Notes under the pieces: generated by a model
What the model saw: only the letters and a program-made list of their open reading frames with translations
What the model was told of the DNA's origin: nothing
Databases searched by the model: none
Part shown: piece by piece, positions 45,657 to 55,800 of the stretch
Layout: the number at the start of each line of letters is the position of its first letter
How positions within the stretch are numbered: position 1 is the first letter of the stretch
NCBI GenBank assembly: GCA_017853205.1
Contig: JAFMKB010000006.1
Location: forward strand, 6,906 to 70,905
Direction of reading: 5' to 3'
DNA from: Gammaproteobacteria bacterium
GTDB taxonomy: Bacteria > Pseudomonadota > Gammaproteobacteria > Pseudomonadales > Pseudohongiellaceae
DNA: 64,000 nucleotides
Made by a program: the position numbers and the translations under genes

Positions 45657-46604
45657 ATGTTGAGCAAGCAATACGATTTTATGGGTGTAAGGCGCGCGGC
45701 GGCGATGGGGTCGCTTCTTTTAGTGCTGATTTCACTCGGATCACTCGCCACGCGTGGTTTAGACTTTGGTCTTGATTTTACCAGCGGGACGTCGGTGCGT
45801 CTGAACTTCTCTGAAGCGGTTGCGATCGCCGATGTTAATTCGGCCCTGACGGATGGCGGCTATGGTGATGCGGTGGTCGTAAGCTTCGGCTCTGATCGAG
45901 ATATTCGTATTATCTTGCCTGTCGACGAATCGGTCGCCGAGGCAGATCAGGCAAGCCAAGCCGTGCGTGTTGGAGAAACAATTACCGCGCTGCTCTCGGC
46001 GACCACGCCAGCGGATATTACGCTCGAGGGGTCCGACTATGTAAGTGCGAAAGTGGGTACTGAGCTAGCGGAGCAGGGTGGCTTAGGTATGCTCGTCGCG
46101 CTGTGTATCATCATGGTCTATATCGCCGTGCGCTTCCAGTTTAAGTTCTCTGTCGGCGCAGTCGTTGCCCTCGCGCACGACTTGATCATCACGTTGGGGC
46201 TTTTCTCTGTCTTTGGCATGGAATTTAACCTCAATACCCTAGCGGCAATGCTTGCGATTATCGGCTATTCCCTCAACGATACCATCGTGGTATCAGATAG
46301 GATTCGAGAGAACTTCCGGCGTATGCGCAGCGGTTCACCATCGGACATGGTTAATGCGTCTTTGAATCAAACGCTAGGGCGAACTATCATCACGTCATTC
46401 ACGACACTTCTCGTGTTGGTATCAATACTGTTAGTCGGTGGTGAATCCACTCAAGGTTTCGCGATCGCGCTAATTATTGGGGTCGTTGTAGGTACCTATT
46501 CATCCATTTATATTGCCTCGAATGTGATTCTTATGATGAATGTGACGCGCGAGGACCTGATGATTCCTATCAAGGAAGGATCGGAGTTGGACGATATCCC
46601 CTAG
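45657..46604 (+). CDS. secF: Protein translocase subunit SecF
   Basis: FGLDFTSGT, GYSLNDTIVVSDRIRE. Confidence 0.95.
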   Translation: MLSKQYDFMGVRRAAAMGSLLLVLISLGSLATRGLDFGLDFTSGTSVRLNFSEAVAIADVNSALTDGGYGDAVVVSFGSDRDIRIILPVDESVAEADQASQAVRVGETITALLSATTPADITLEGSDYVSAKVGTELAEQGGLGMLVALCIIMVYIAVRFQFKFSVGAVVALAHDLIITLGLFSVFGMEFNLNTLAAMLAIIGYSLNDTIVVSDRIRENFRRMRSGSPSDMVNASLNQTLGRTIITSFTTLLVLVSILLVGGESTQGFAIALIIGVVVGTYSSIYIASNVILMMNVTREDLMIPIKEGSELDDIP

Positions 46605-46659
46605 TCGATGAGCCAATTGTGGAAACCCGTCCAGACGTGCCCTCGGTTGGTCTTTAGGT

Positions 46660-48978
46660 GTGTATCCACTAAACAGAAGAGTAGACGTATTGCCTTATTC
46701 AATTGGTCACACGGCTAACGCGGTAAGAGCGACAGGTTGGCGCGCGGCTTTACTGCTCTTTTATATAGCACTTATGGCTCCTGCGATTGCGCAGAATGCG
46801 AGTGACTTTCCTCGCCCAGAGAGTTTAGAGCCCGCTGTCCAGTTCTGGATTCGAGTCTACACCGAAGTGGATACTCAGAGCGGATTTCTTCACGATGCCG
46901 AGCACCTGGATGTTATTTACACAGCTCTACCGCTAGACAGAAAGCAGATAGAAGCCAAGCGTGAAGCGATCAAGGCGGCCTTAACCGTTTTGTCTACAGG
47001 TAAGCGAACAGGCCTCACGGCTGAGGAACAGCAAGTGCTTGCCCTCTGGCCCTCAAACGTTAGCAACCAAACGCTAAAAATCGCTTCTGATAATGTCCGC
47101 TGGCAACTTGGTCAGTCGAATAGATTTCTCGCTGGCTTGCGCCGATCAGGTGCTTATCGCGAGCACATTCAAAAGGTCATCGCTGCGAAAAATCTGCCTT
47201 CACAGCTTGTCGTTCTCCCGCATGTCGAATCATCTTTTAATCCGGGCGCTTATTCTTCGGCGGATGCCGCTGGGATGTGGCAATTTACGCGTGCCACCGG
47301 ACAGCGATTTCTGCGTATAGATCATATCGTCGACGAGCGCATGGACCCTTATATCGCAGCCGAGGCGGCTATGAGCCTGCTCGAATATAACTACCGAGTG
47401 TTGGGCACATGGCCACTTGCACTGACGGCCTACAATCATGGCGCTGGGGGTATCGCGCGGGCCGTGCGCGAAATAGGATCGAGTAATATCGAAGACATCG
47501 TTGCTAACTACAAAGGCAGGAGATTTGGTTTTGCTTCGCGCAACTTTTACGCCCAGTTTCTTGCGGTAAATGAAGTAGAAAAGCGAGCTGAGAGTTTTTT
47601 CGGCAAAGTCGACTACAACTCTGCGCCAAATTTCACCGAGTTTGAGACCGACGCCTATATCGATGCCGAAGTATTCGCCCGCAGTGCGAACATTAGCCTT
47701 GCGCAATTGAAGGCAGACAATCCGGCACTCAGGCCTGTGGTTTGGGAAGGACAGAAGCGAATCCCGCGCGGCTTTAAAATGAAACTGCGCGATGCAAAAG
47801 TGACGCCCCAAGAGCTGCTTGCGAGCATCGATGGCGATTATAAATTTGTTGTTCAGACCCCCGATGTAGCCTACACCGTTGTGAGAGGAGACAGCTTGTC
47901 TGCAATCGCGAAGCGTTTTAACACGTCAGTATCACGTCTTGTTGCGCTGAACCAGTTAACGAGCAGTCACCGCATTCAAATCGGTCAGCGCATACTTTTG
48001 CCGCAGGATGAGACATCTCTTGCTGCGCAGTCGCAACAGGCACCCGCTGATGGCATCTATACCGTGGCACGAGGCGATACGGTGTCTACGATCGCTCGCC
48101 GCTTCTCCGTGGGCGAAACCGCATTGCTACGTCTGAATGGTATCGAAGACGCGCATCGAATTTATCCCGGTCAAGAACTGCGCTTGCCGGGCCTCTATGC
48201 CGCTCAGCCTCAGCTTGTGGCAACTGAACGCGCACCAGCATCGCTGGTAGACCCTGTTGAGATTGCTACCGTTGAGGGTGAAGCCGAGCGTGGTGTGGAC
48301 AGCCCTGAGAGTAGAGTCGCAGAGTCTTCGCAGACGCTTTCCGAGATCGAGAGAATCGTGCCAGAGGCTATCGCGGAACAAGGCTCTGATGCAGACGCGC
48401 CGCAGGCATCGGAGGCTATTGCCGTAGAATTAGCCTTGGTGGACACGGTCGCCGTTGATATTGACGCGGTAGCCGAAGAGGTGGCAACGGCCACGAACGA
48501 TAATACGCCGGTCGAGAGCGATGCCGAACTAGCCGAGGCGCTGAGTGCCGATCCCGCCGACTATTCGGTAGCCAGCGACGACTCGATCGAGGTGCAGGCG
48601 ACAGAGACGCTGGGTCATTATGCCGATTGGCTTGCTGTGCGCGCTTGGGATGTGAGGCGATTAAACGGGATGGCCTACAGCGATCCGGTGATCGTAGGAA
48701 AGCGACTCACGCTGAGTTTTACGAAGGTGTCGCGACCCGAGTTCGAACGCAGACGAAAAGATTATCATTCCACGCTACAGCGAGAGTTTTTCGCGCAATA
48801 TAGGATTCGTGACGTCGAGGAATACACGATAAGACGCAACGAGAACATCGGCACTATTGCTCGGAATCGCTATTCCGCTCCCCTATGGCTTGTGCGTCAG
48901 TACAATCCCGAGCTCGACTTCAATCGCATTCAGATTGGTCAGAAAGTTGTCTTCCCACTGCTGCAGAGCGTCGAGTAG
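46660..48978 (+). CDS. MltD-like lytic murein transglycosylase with three LysM domains
   Basis: SLT catalytic block ESSFNPGAYSSADAAGMWQF. LysM motifs YTVVRGDSLSAIAKRF, YTVARGDTVSTIARRF and YTIRRNENIGTIARNRY. An acidic spacer lies between LysM2 and LysM3. Confidence 0.8.
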   Translation: MYPLNRRVDVLPYSIGHTANAVRATGWRAALLLFYIALMAPAIAQNASDFPRPESLEPAVQFWIRVYTEVDTQSGFLHDAEHLDVIYTALPLDRKQIEAKREAIKAALTVLSTGKRTGLTAEEQQVLALWPSNVSNQTLKIASDNVRWQLGQSNRFLAGLRRSGAYREHIQKVIAAKNLPSQLVVLPHVESSFNPGAYSSADAAGMWQFTRATGQRFLRIDHIVDERMDPYIAAEAAMSLLEYNYRVLGTWPLALTAYNHGAGGIARAVREIGSSNIEDIVANYKGRRFGFASRNFYAQFLAVNEVEKRAESFFGKVDYNSAPNFTEFETDAYIDAEVFARSANISLAQLKADNPALRPVVWEGQKRIPRGFKMKLRDAKVTPQELLASIDGDYKFVVQTPDVAYTVVRGDSLSAIAKRFNTSVSRLVALNQLTSSHRIQIGQRILLPQDETSLAAQSQQAPADGIYTVARGDTVSTIARRFSVGETALLRLNGIEDAHRIYPGQELRLPGLYAAQPQLVATERAPASLVDPVEIATVEGEAERGVDSPESRVAESSQTLSEIERIVPEAIAEQGSDADAPQASEAIAVELALVDTVAVDIDAVAEEVATATNDNTPVESDAELAEALSADPADYSVASDDSIEVQATETLGHYADWLAVRAWDVRRLNGMAYSDPVIVGKRLTLSFTKVSRPEFERRRKDYHSTLQREFFAQYRIRDVEEYTIRRNENIGTIARNRYSAPLWLVRQYNPELDFNRIQIGQKVVFPLLQSVE

Positions 48979-48993
48979 TTGGTCTAGTTTCAT

Positions 48994-50427
48994 TTAGTTT
49001 TTTCGGTCGTCAGCTTCGTCAAGAGTATCGTTGCTTTTCGCAAGAATGGTCTCGGTAAAGAGTTGCTGGTATCGGTTCGTTAGGTCTTCTGTGAATAACT
49101 TCACTAGTGACACTTTTGGAAGCGCTTTTCGGTTGGCCTTATCTGTTTGCCAGCGTTTTAATTTCTCGACTGCAGACTTCGCAGCGCTACTGTCTCCGTG
49201 CGCCACGGAGTAAAGATTCTCCGGAGGGAGATATTCTGGATAGACGAGGTCGTCTGGTGCAAGTGGGCAGCACCCCGCGATTGTGGCCTCTTGGACCGCG
49301 AGTCCTTGAAAGTCATGCAGCGCAGTGGATAAAACGACGTCGCAGCTGCTGATCAAGGCATGGTATTGCGCAGCATTTTCGAGGAAACCGAAGTGACCCT
49401 CGTCTAAGTTCATTGCGTCGTAGTGTGCTTTGAGTAATTGCCGGCACTTCGCGAATTCCTCGGGCGCCTGTTTGAACTGTTGGCCTACGATATGCAGTCG
49501 GCAGTTGAGTTTCTCCCCGCAGATGCGTTTGATTATTGCCAACAGCCTCTCAGGTCCCTTGTCATACTCCCAGCGATGATTCCATACAACCTCGAGCGTT
49601 GAGTGCGTGCTTTGCCGCACTGAGTTTGCCTCTCGCACTGGCACCGGCGAGGATGCGGTCGAAAGTGCGGTCGGCAGTGCAGCTGGGAGTACAGGCACTG
49701 GCAGGACGTGGGAGTTTTCGAGCTGCACCGCTAAACCTTTTGGTACGTGGTCTGGTAAGCGGCGAAGCAACGCTTTGGCACCAGCTAGAAAAGTACTGCG
49801 ATTATAGTCACTGTTAAACACAAGTGAGTCTGCACAGAGCGCGGCATAGAGAGGAACGAGTTGTGTTTCTGCATTATTGCGCTGTGCATCACGTGTGGGA
49901 TAGGCAAACTGGTTTTCGTGGAAATACAGCAGAGTTGGCAATTTCGCCAAAGCAGGTATGAATCCACGCAGCGTACTCAGATCAACCATCGATGTAGCTA
50001 CTAAAAGATCATAAGGCCTGCTGAGAGACTCTCGTTGATTATAAGCAAAGCTCAAGGCGTTGCCGCGTAGGCGCCAACTAAAATGGCGTGGCGGAAGGGC
50101 CAATGACGTCCACTCATGCATCGGTAATAGGTGCATGAGATTCTCTCGCCAAAGGCGATGACTGGCTGCATCGTAGCCGGACAATATCAAGATCCGGAGG
50201 CTTTTTGTGTCGGGCATGGCGGGTTCGGCTGAATTTCGGTGAATAGGTTTTGCATTCTTTGCTCGCGCAGAGTAATTTCTGTCGCTACTCAAATTCAAAG
50301 TATGAAGGGGACGAGTGTGACGATCAAACTCTATGGCATGCCGCTCAGTAATTATTACAACATGGTGAAAACCGTTCTTCTCGAGAAAGGCATGGATTTC
50401 GAGGAAGTACTGGTACTCCCCAACCAA
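48994..50427 (-). CDS. GT4-type glycosyltransferase with DUF3524 N-domain, homologue of eukaryotic GTDC1/QTMAN (tRNA-queuosine alpha-mannosyltransferase)
   Basis: LRILILSGYDAASHRLW.., LYFHENQFAYP, LVFNSDYNRSTFL and LPDHVPK match blocks I recall from human GTDC1. The likely real start is the Met at 50217 (MPDTKSLRILIL), and the 70-aa N-terminal extension in the track is probably not translated. Confidence 0.7.
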   Translation of the reverse strand: MVGEYQYFLEIHAFLEKNGFHHVVIITERHAIEFDRHTRPLHTLNLSSDRNYSARAKNAKPIHRNSAEPAMPDTKSLRILILSGYDAASHRLWRENLMHLLPMHEWTSLALPPRHFSWRLRGNALSFAYNQRESLSRPYDLLVATSMVDLSTLRGFIPALAKLPTLLYFHENQFAYPTRDAQRNNAETQLVPLYAALCADSLVFNSDYNRSTFLAGAKALLRRLPDHVPKGLAVQLENSHVLPVPVLPAALPTALSTASSPVPVREANSVRQSTHSTLEVVWNHRWEYDKGPERLLAIIKRICGEKLNCRLHIVGQQFKQAPEEFAKCRQLLKAHYDAMNLDEGHFGFLENAAQYHALISSCDVVLSTALHDFQGLAVQEATIAGCCPLAPDDLVYPEYLPPENLYSVAHGDSSAAKSAVEKLKRWQTDKANRKALPKVSLVKLFTEDLTNRYQQLFTETILAKSNDTLDEADDRKN

Positions 50428-50946
50428 GAATCCGACTACTTAGTTAAGAGCCCGATGGGTAAAGTGCCGGCTATGGAGACCGAGCAAGGCTTCCTTACGG
50501 AAACTGGCGTAATGATCGACTATCTAGACTCTCTTGGGCAGGGCGAGAGCTTTTACCCCGCAGACCCGTTCGAGAAAGCCAAAGTGCAGGAGATTATCCG
50601 CTACCTTGAGCTCTATATTGAACTGCCTGCGCGCCGCTTGTATGGAGAAGTATTCTTTGGACGTCCGGCAACGGACGAGTTGAAGAAAGAAGTGAAGCCT
50701 CAACTTGAAAAGGGATTCACTTCGTTCAATCGGCTAGCTAAGTTTTCGCCTTATTTGTGTGGCGATCAGCTAACGTATGCGGATTTTTACTTTAGATTCA
50801 GCATGAATCTGGCGATGACGGTGTGCAAGCGCGGGCTAGGCTGGGACGTTGCCGCCGAAATGCCACGCAATAACGAGCTGATCGCGCGCCTCGATGAGCG
50901 CGCCTCTATCATGCGCGTATTGGCTGATCAAAAAAAGAAAGGGTAG
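50239..50946 (+). CDS. Glutathione S-transferase
   Basis: IKLYGMPLSNYYN.. thioredoxin-like N-domain plus a helical C-domain. The likely start is the ATG at 50302 or the GTG at 50317. Confidence 0.85.
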   Translation: MNRFCILCSRRVISVATQIQSMKGTSVTIKLYGMPLSNYYNMVKTVLLEKGMDFEEVLVLPNQESDYLVKSPMGKVPAMETEQGFLTETGVMIDYLDSLGQGESFYPADPFEKAKVQEIIRYLELYIELPARRLYGEVFFGRPATDELKKEVKPQLEKGFTSFNRLAKFSPYLCGDQLTYADFYFRFSMNLAMTVCKRGLGWDVAAEMPRNNELIARLDERASIMRVLADQKKKG

Positions 50947-50970
50947 CCCATTCCGTACTTTGGATAAAAA

Positions 50971-51013
50971 AACGCCTCCCTCAGACGCATCTATCGCGCT
51001 TGAGGGAGGCGTT
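50971..51013. terminator. Long hairpin between convergent genes (probable bidirectional terminator)
   Basis: AACGCCTCCCTCA (50971-50983) pairs with TGAGGGAGGCGTT (51001-51013). There is an A-run before and a T-rich flank after, and the loop is 17 nt. Confidence 0.6.
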
Positions 51014-51065
51014 CTTCGTTTGGTCAGTACCCTTACGAGCGTCTTTCGAGTGATTGACGAATCGT

Positions 51066-51938
51066 TTACCGGTGATGCGTTCGCTCGAGAATGCCCTTGC
51101 TTGAAGTCATATCTAAGATTGTATCGATGTGCGCATCGATATCTTCGACCGTTGCGCCACGTCCGAGATTAACGCCTTCATTCTCGCGGATGTCGGCAGA
51201 GTAATAACGGCCGCCAGCGGCCTGGATGATGCGGCCATTCGGTGCTTTGTCTGAGCAGAGATAGACAACCGCCGGAGTGACTAACTCTGGCGCGAGTTTT
51301 TCGGCGCTGTCTTCGAATCCCGGAAGTTCTTCGGTCATTCGCGTCGCTGCTATTGGTGCGATGGAATTAGTGAAAACACCGTATTTCGCCCCTTCAAGGC
51401 GCAAGGTATTCATGAAACCGACTAGCCCCAACTTCGCCGCGCCGTAGTTGCTCTGGCCAAAATTGCCGAAAAGCCCGCTCGTCGAGGTAGTCATGACGAT
51501 CCGGCCGTAGCCTTGCTCAACCATGATAGGCCAAACGCATTTTGTCGCATTGAGGCTGCCAGTGAGATGTACATCGATCACCGCGTGCCAGTTTTCGAGC
51601 TCGAGCTTTGAGAAAGTCTTATCGCGCAGGATACCGGCGTTATTCACCAGAATGTCGATACGACCCCATTTTGCCATTACCTCGTCGACCATCGATTGCA
51701 CCGAGGCGAGGTCTGTTACTGATGCGCCATTAGCAATCGCATCGCCACCTGCGGCGATGATTTCTTGAGCAACGAGCTCTGCAGCGGTCGCCGAACCGCC
51801 GCTGCCATCTACGCTGCCGCCCAAGTCGTTGACGACCACTTTAGCTCCACGGCGACCCAATTCTAGGGCATGCTGTCGACCCAGGCCGCCGCCTGCACCG
51901 GTTACTATTGCGACGCGACCTTCAAATCCAATTGTCAT
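51066..51938 (-). CDS. SDR oxidoreductase, MFE-2-type (3R)-hydroxyacyl-CoA dehydrogenase-like
   Basis: VAIVTGAGGGLGR..VVVNDLGG..; catalytic YGAAK. Confidence 0.85.
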   Translation of the reverse strand: MTIGFEGRVAIVTGAGGGLGRQHALELGRRGAKVVVNDLGGSVDGSGGSATAAELVAQEIIAAGGDAIANGASVTDLASVQSMVDEVMAKWGRIDILVNNAGILRDKTFSKLELENWHAVIDVHLTGSLNATKCVWPIMVEQGYGRIVMTTSTSGLFGNFGQSNYGAAKLGLVGFMNTLRLEGAKYGVFTNSIAPIAATRMTEELPGFEDSAEKLAPELVTPAVVYLCSDKAPNGRIIQAAGGRYYSADIRENEGVNLGRGATVEDIDAHIDTILDMTSSKGILERTHHR

Positions 51939-52042
51939 AGCTTCTTTTCCGTTTTTCTATTGATGGGAAATTGTACCGAGAGTCCTAGGGAGCCTCCTGG
52001 GGGGTTGAATGTCTTATTCCAAGCCACCGGTAGCCCGATTCT

Positions 52043-52777
52043 ATGCGTATGAACGAGGGGGCGCAAACCATCAACCAAAAGTCTCGCTCAGGGAGTGGGA
52101 TCTTTCGTCAAATTGGGTATGATGAAGGTTTAGGTAAGCGACAAAGTGCGTGGACCCAGAGCCTTGAGGAAGACCCAGGAATGAGCGAAATGACCCCAGT
52201 TCCGGCCGCAACGGTGGTGGTAGCCCGTGATAGTGTGGCCGCAGATTCCATTGAGATTTTGCTGCTTAAAAGGAACTCCAAACTAGTTTTTCACGGGGGA
52301 CACTGGGTCTTTCCCGGAGGTCGGGTTGACCAGGCGGACTTTGCGGGCGCTGATGGATTGGAGTATCGGGCTGCATTGAGAGCGGCGGTGAGAGAGACGA
52401 AGGAGGAAGCTGGTCTGGAGATTGGCGAGGGGCAGCTTATACACACTGCCCATTGGACGACGCCGCCCCACCTACCACGACGTTTTTGCACTTGGTTCTT
52501 CATGTGCCCGGTGCCGCGCTCATCCGTTGTCTCGGTCGATAATGATGAAATTCTCGAGCATCGCTGGATTACGCCAAAAGCTGCGTTAGCCGCCTCTAAA
52601 GCCGAAGAGATTGTCTTGCCTCAGCCGACCAAGGAAACGTTAAAGAGTATCGCGCAGATTCGCAGCGTCGAGGCGCTGTTGACGTGGGCCGAAGCAACCC
52701 CTGTGCATATATTTCCGGAGGATTCGCCCTTCTACCGTCCGCGAGAAATGGGCTATGCATCCCCCAATCCTTGCTAA
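52043..52777 (+). CDS. NUDIX hydrolase
   Basis: Nudix box GGRVDQADF..AAVRETKEEAGLE. The probable start is the internal Met (~52181, MSEMTPVPA). Confidence 0.8.
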   Translation: MRMNEGAQTINQKSRSGSGIFRQIGYDEGLGKRQSAWTQSLEEDPGMSEMTPVPAATVVVARDSVAADSIEILLLKRNSKLVFHGGHWVFPGGRVDQADFAGADGLEYRAALRAAVRETKEEAGLEIGEGQLIHTAHWTTPPHLPRRFCTWFFMCPVPRSSVVSVDNDEILEHRWITPKAALAASKAEEIVLPQPTKETLKSIAQIRSVEALLTWAEATPVHIFPEDSPFYRPREMGYASPNPC

Positions 52778-52837
52778 GCAGCTGGCGAAAGTGGGATAGT
52801 GCTAAGAAAGAATTTTGAGGTAGTGGAATTAGAGCAA

Positions 52838-52865
52838 TTGGCGGGAATCTCTTGTGCATTATGAT
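52838..52865 (+). promoter_or_regulatory. Candidate sigma-70 promoter for the MoxR-linked operon
   Basis: TTGGCG (52838-52843), a 16-nt spacer, then TATGAT (52860-52865). This is ~78 nt upstream of the ATG at 52943. Confidence 0.3.
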
Positions 52866-52870
52866 AGACA

Positions 52871-55800
52871 GTGGCGAGAGCAGGTCTAACGGTTGCTAGA
52901 TGGCGTTTTAGTTACATAGCATTTAACTCTTCCAGGATACGCATGACGGCTCCGACTCTCGATAGTCTGCGCGACACCCTTGATGGTCTTCAGAGGAGGC
53001 AGGCTAGACTACTACTCGCGAGACAGCTTGGCTTCGCATTAGTGGCCGCCTGCGCAGTAATCGCTGCCAGTCTCGTACTAGTCGCGAACTTTGCCTCGTC
53101 GGCGGCAGCGGTTCTGCTGGTCGCTATCGTGGGTACTACCCTTATATTTTCTATCTGCTCTGTCGCATGGCGTCAAAGTCATCGGGCTCAGGTCGATCAA
53201 AAAGCACTCGCCCTCTATGTAGAGGAAAAGTTCCCGGATCTCGAACAGCGCCTGCTTACCTCTATCGAATTTTCGCAAGCCGGGAAAAAGTCCTCACAGG
53301 CAGGAGTCTCGCCTGCCTTTGTAGAACAGCTGATTAACGATGCACGCTCACATGTTGACCTGCAGAGACAACAGGTGGAGCGGGTAGGCTCCTCGCGAGA
53401 ATCCGTTATTGCATTGGTGGCCGGATTTTCTGCGTGTTTGGCATTGGTGCTGCTACTACAAGAGTTTGCTCAACTCCGACAGGCTGCGCAGCGCCTTGTA
53501 TGGCCCTTTGCACTCGAGGAAACCGTCGATGTGACGTCGACCGCAATGCCCATCTCGCTTCTCGTTGAACCCGGCGATATTGAAATGCAGAGAGGCTCGC
53601 CGCTGACCGTGACAGTGAGGGTTGAAAACGAGCAGCCGGGCGCCCTGACGCTAAGACTGCAAGACGATCGATTGAATTGGCGCGACTATCCTATGCTCCT
53701 CGATTCGAGTGATTCGAATGGAGCAACCTTCAGCTATTATTTGCCGGCGGTGGTCAAAGATTCGAACTATCTCATAAGTCTTGCAGGAGAGGAGCAAAGC
53801 TCGCGGCAGTATCAGATTAACCTGTACGATCTTCCGGAGATTGAACAGATCGATGTCGCCATGGACTTTCCCGACTACACAGGCGAAGAGGACAGAATCG
53901 AGTTTGATGGCGGTGATATCGTTGCGGCTGAGGGCACGGAAATCACTCTTACTGTTACTTTTAACAAGCCTGTAGCTCGCGCTGAGATCCAGTTCTCGGG
54001 CGCGGAAAGCGAAACAGATAGAGAATATATTAACGGCAGTCTCGATGTTGATGGGCTGCAGGCGACCACACGTTTTACCGTAGCGAGCGATGGTGTTTAT
54101 CGAATTACCGCAGCGGATCTGCAAGGACTTCAGAGCGAGTCGCCGCTAGATTACTACATTCGCGCTATTGAAGATCAGCCTCCACAGTTCACGTTGCGTA
54201 GACCGGGAGCAGACAGAGATGTTATGCCACTCGAAGAGGTAGTGATTGAGGTTGATGCTAGCGACGACTATGGATTGGGCGAATTCATTCTCAATTACGC
54301 AGTGGTAGGCGAGGAAGATAAAGAGGTCGACTTTTTACCTGCCGAGTCAGTTCGTTCAGCGCAGGGGTCGACACTGCTCTATCTTGAGGATCTCGCGGTT
54401 GAGCCAGGCGATTTTATTAGCTACTACTTAACGCTTGCCGATAATAACGCGCTAAAGGGTCCGAGTGAGGTGGTGTCTGACATTTACTTCCTTGAGGTTA
54501 TACCAACCGATCAAGAATTCCGTCGTTCGCAGCAGCAAGGCGGTGGTGGCGGTGGAGGCGGCCAAGGAGGCGGCGAAAGCAGCGCGCTTGTTTCGGTGCA
54601 AAAAGACATCATTGCGGCGACGTGGAAGCTGCGAAATCGCCTGCGAGACGCCTCTAGCACTGACATCGAGGCTGATGCAGAGATCATCGCCGAGAGTCAG
54701 CGAGAGGCAACGGGCCGCGCTAAGATGTCAATCGATCGACTATCTGAGCGCTTGAGTTTCTCCGACGACAGTTATGATCTCGCTGTCGAAAATCTATCTC
54801 TCGCTATTGAGCAGATGAATTTAGCTGCGAACGATCTGGACAGCCTGCAAATAACAACTGCGCTCAAGCCTGAACAACTCGCTCTGCAATATGTTCTAAA
54901 GGCAGAGGCGAATATCAATCGCACCGACATAAGCATGAATCAGAATAGTGGCGGTGGCGGTGGAGGCGGCGCTCAGCAAGAGCGGGAAGACCTTCGCGAG
55001 CTCTTCGAGATGGAGATGGGGCAGCTTGAAAACCGCTACGAAACACCAAATAGCGCTAACCAAGCGGGCGGAACGAACGCCGAAGAAGTAAACAAACTTG
55101 AAGAATTGGCCAGACGTCAGGAGGCGTTAACTCGTGCTCAGCGAGCTCTTGCGCGTCGCGAGCAAGAGCTTGCTGAGGAGCAGCGTCGTCGAGAGCTTGA
55201 GCGGCTGCGAAGGCAGCAGGAACAGCTGTCTGCCGATGTCGAAAAACTAGCCCGCGAATTAGCTCAGAATGGTCAGGGTCAGCAGTCGCAGCCACGCAAT
55301 TCAGATTCACCTCAGCAAGGCCAACAAAATCAGCAAAGACAATTAGCAGGGCAGGGTCAGCAGTCGACTCAACAGACCGGAGCGGAGCAGTCAGGTGACC
55401 CTAGCGCTCAGGCGGCCATTGAACGTGCGCTGGAGCAAATGCAACAGGCGGCAGCCAGTGATAGCGCGGCTATTGCTGCTGCGCAAGGCCAAAAAGCGCT
55501 CGAGAGTTTGCGTGATCAGCAGCGCGAACTAAGCGAGGCGGGTGAAAGTTCGGTGTCGCAGATCGCCAGACGCTTGGGCGAGCGCGGGCAGGCGCTTGTT
55601 CGTAATCAGCAGGCGCTACAGGAAGGTCTTGCGGAGGCTAGCAGAAATCAGGGGCTGGGTCAGACTCGCCGCGAGGCGCGACGCGACGAAGCACTGCAGG
55701 CCCTTCTTGAGGCGCAGCGCCAACAGCAGCGCGATATCGAGGAAATCGAGGATATGCTCCGCGCGGTTGTGACGCGCGGTGAGAGCGAAGACAGGAGCTT

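Noticed and set aside
47230-47811. 193-aa minus-strand ORF
   Set aside because: Antisense to the SLT catalytic domain of the MltD-like gene, with no recognisable motifs.
53651-54124. 157-aa minus-strand ORF, and several 60-100-aa ORFs on both strands between 53 and 56.8 kb
   Set aside because: They lie inside the 1205-aa gene, where low-complexity, repeat-rich DNA keeps alternative frames open by chance.
54539-54577. Gly-codon tracts as slippage-prone simple sequence repeats (contingency locus) or an assembly artefact
   Set aside because: The codons are mixed (ggc ggt ggt ggc ggt gga ggc ggc), not a pure unit repeat. The frame is maintained across both tracts.
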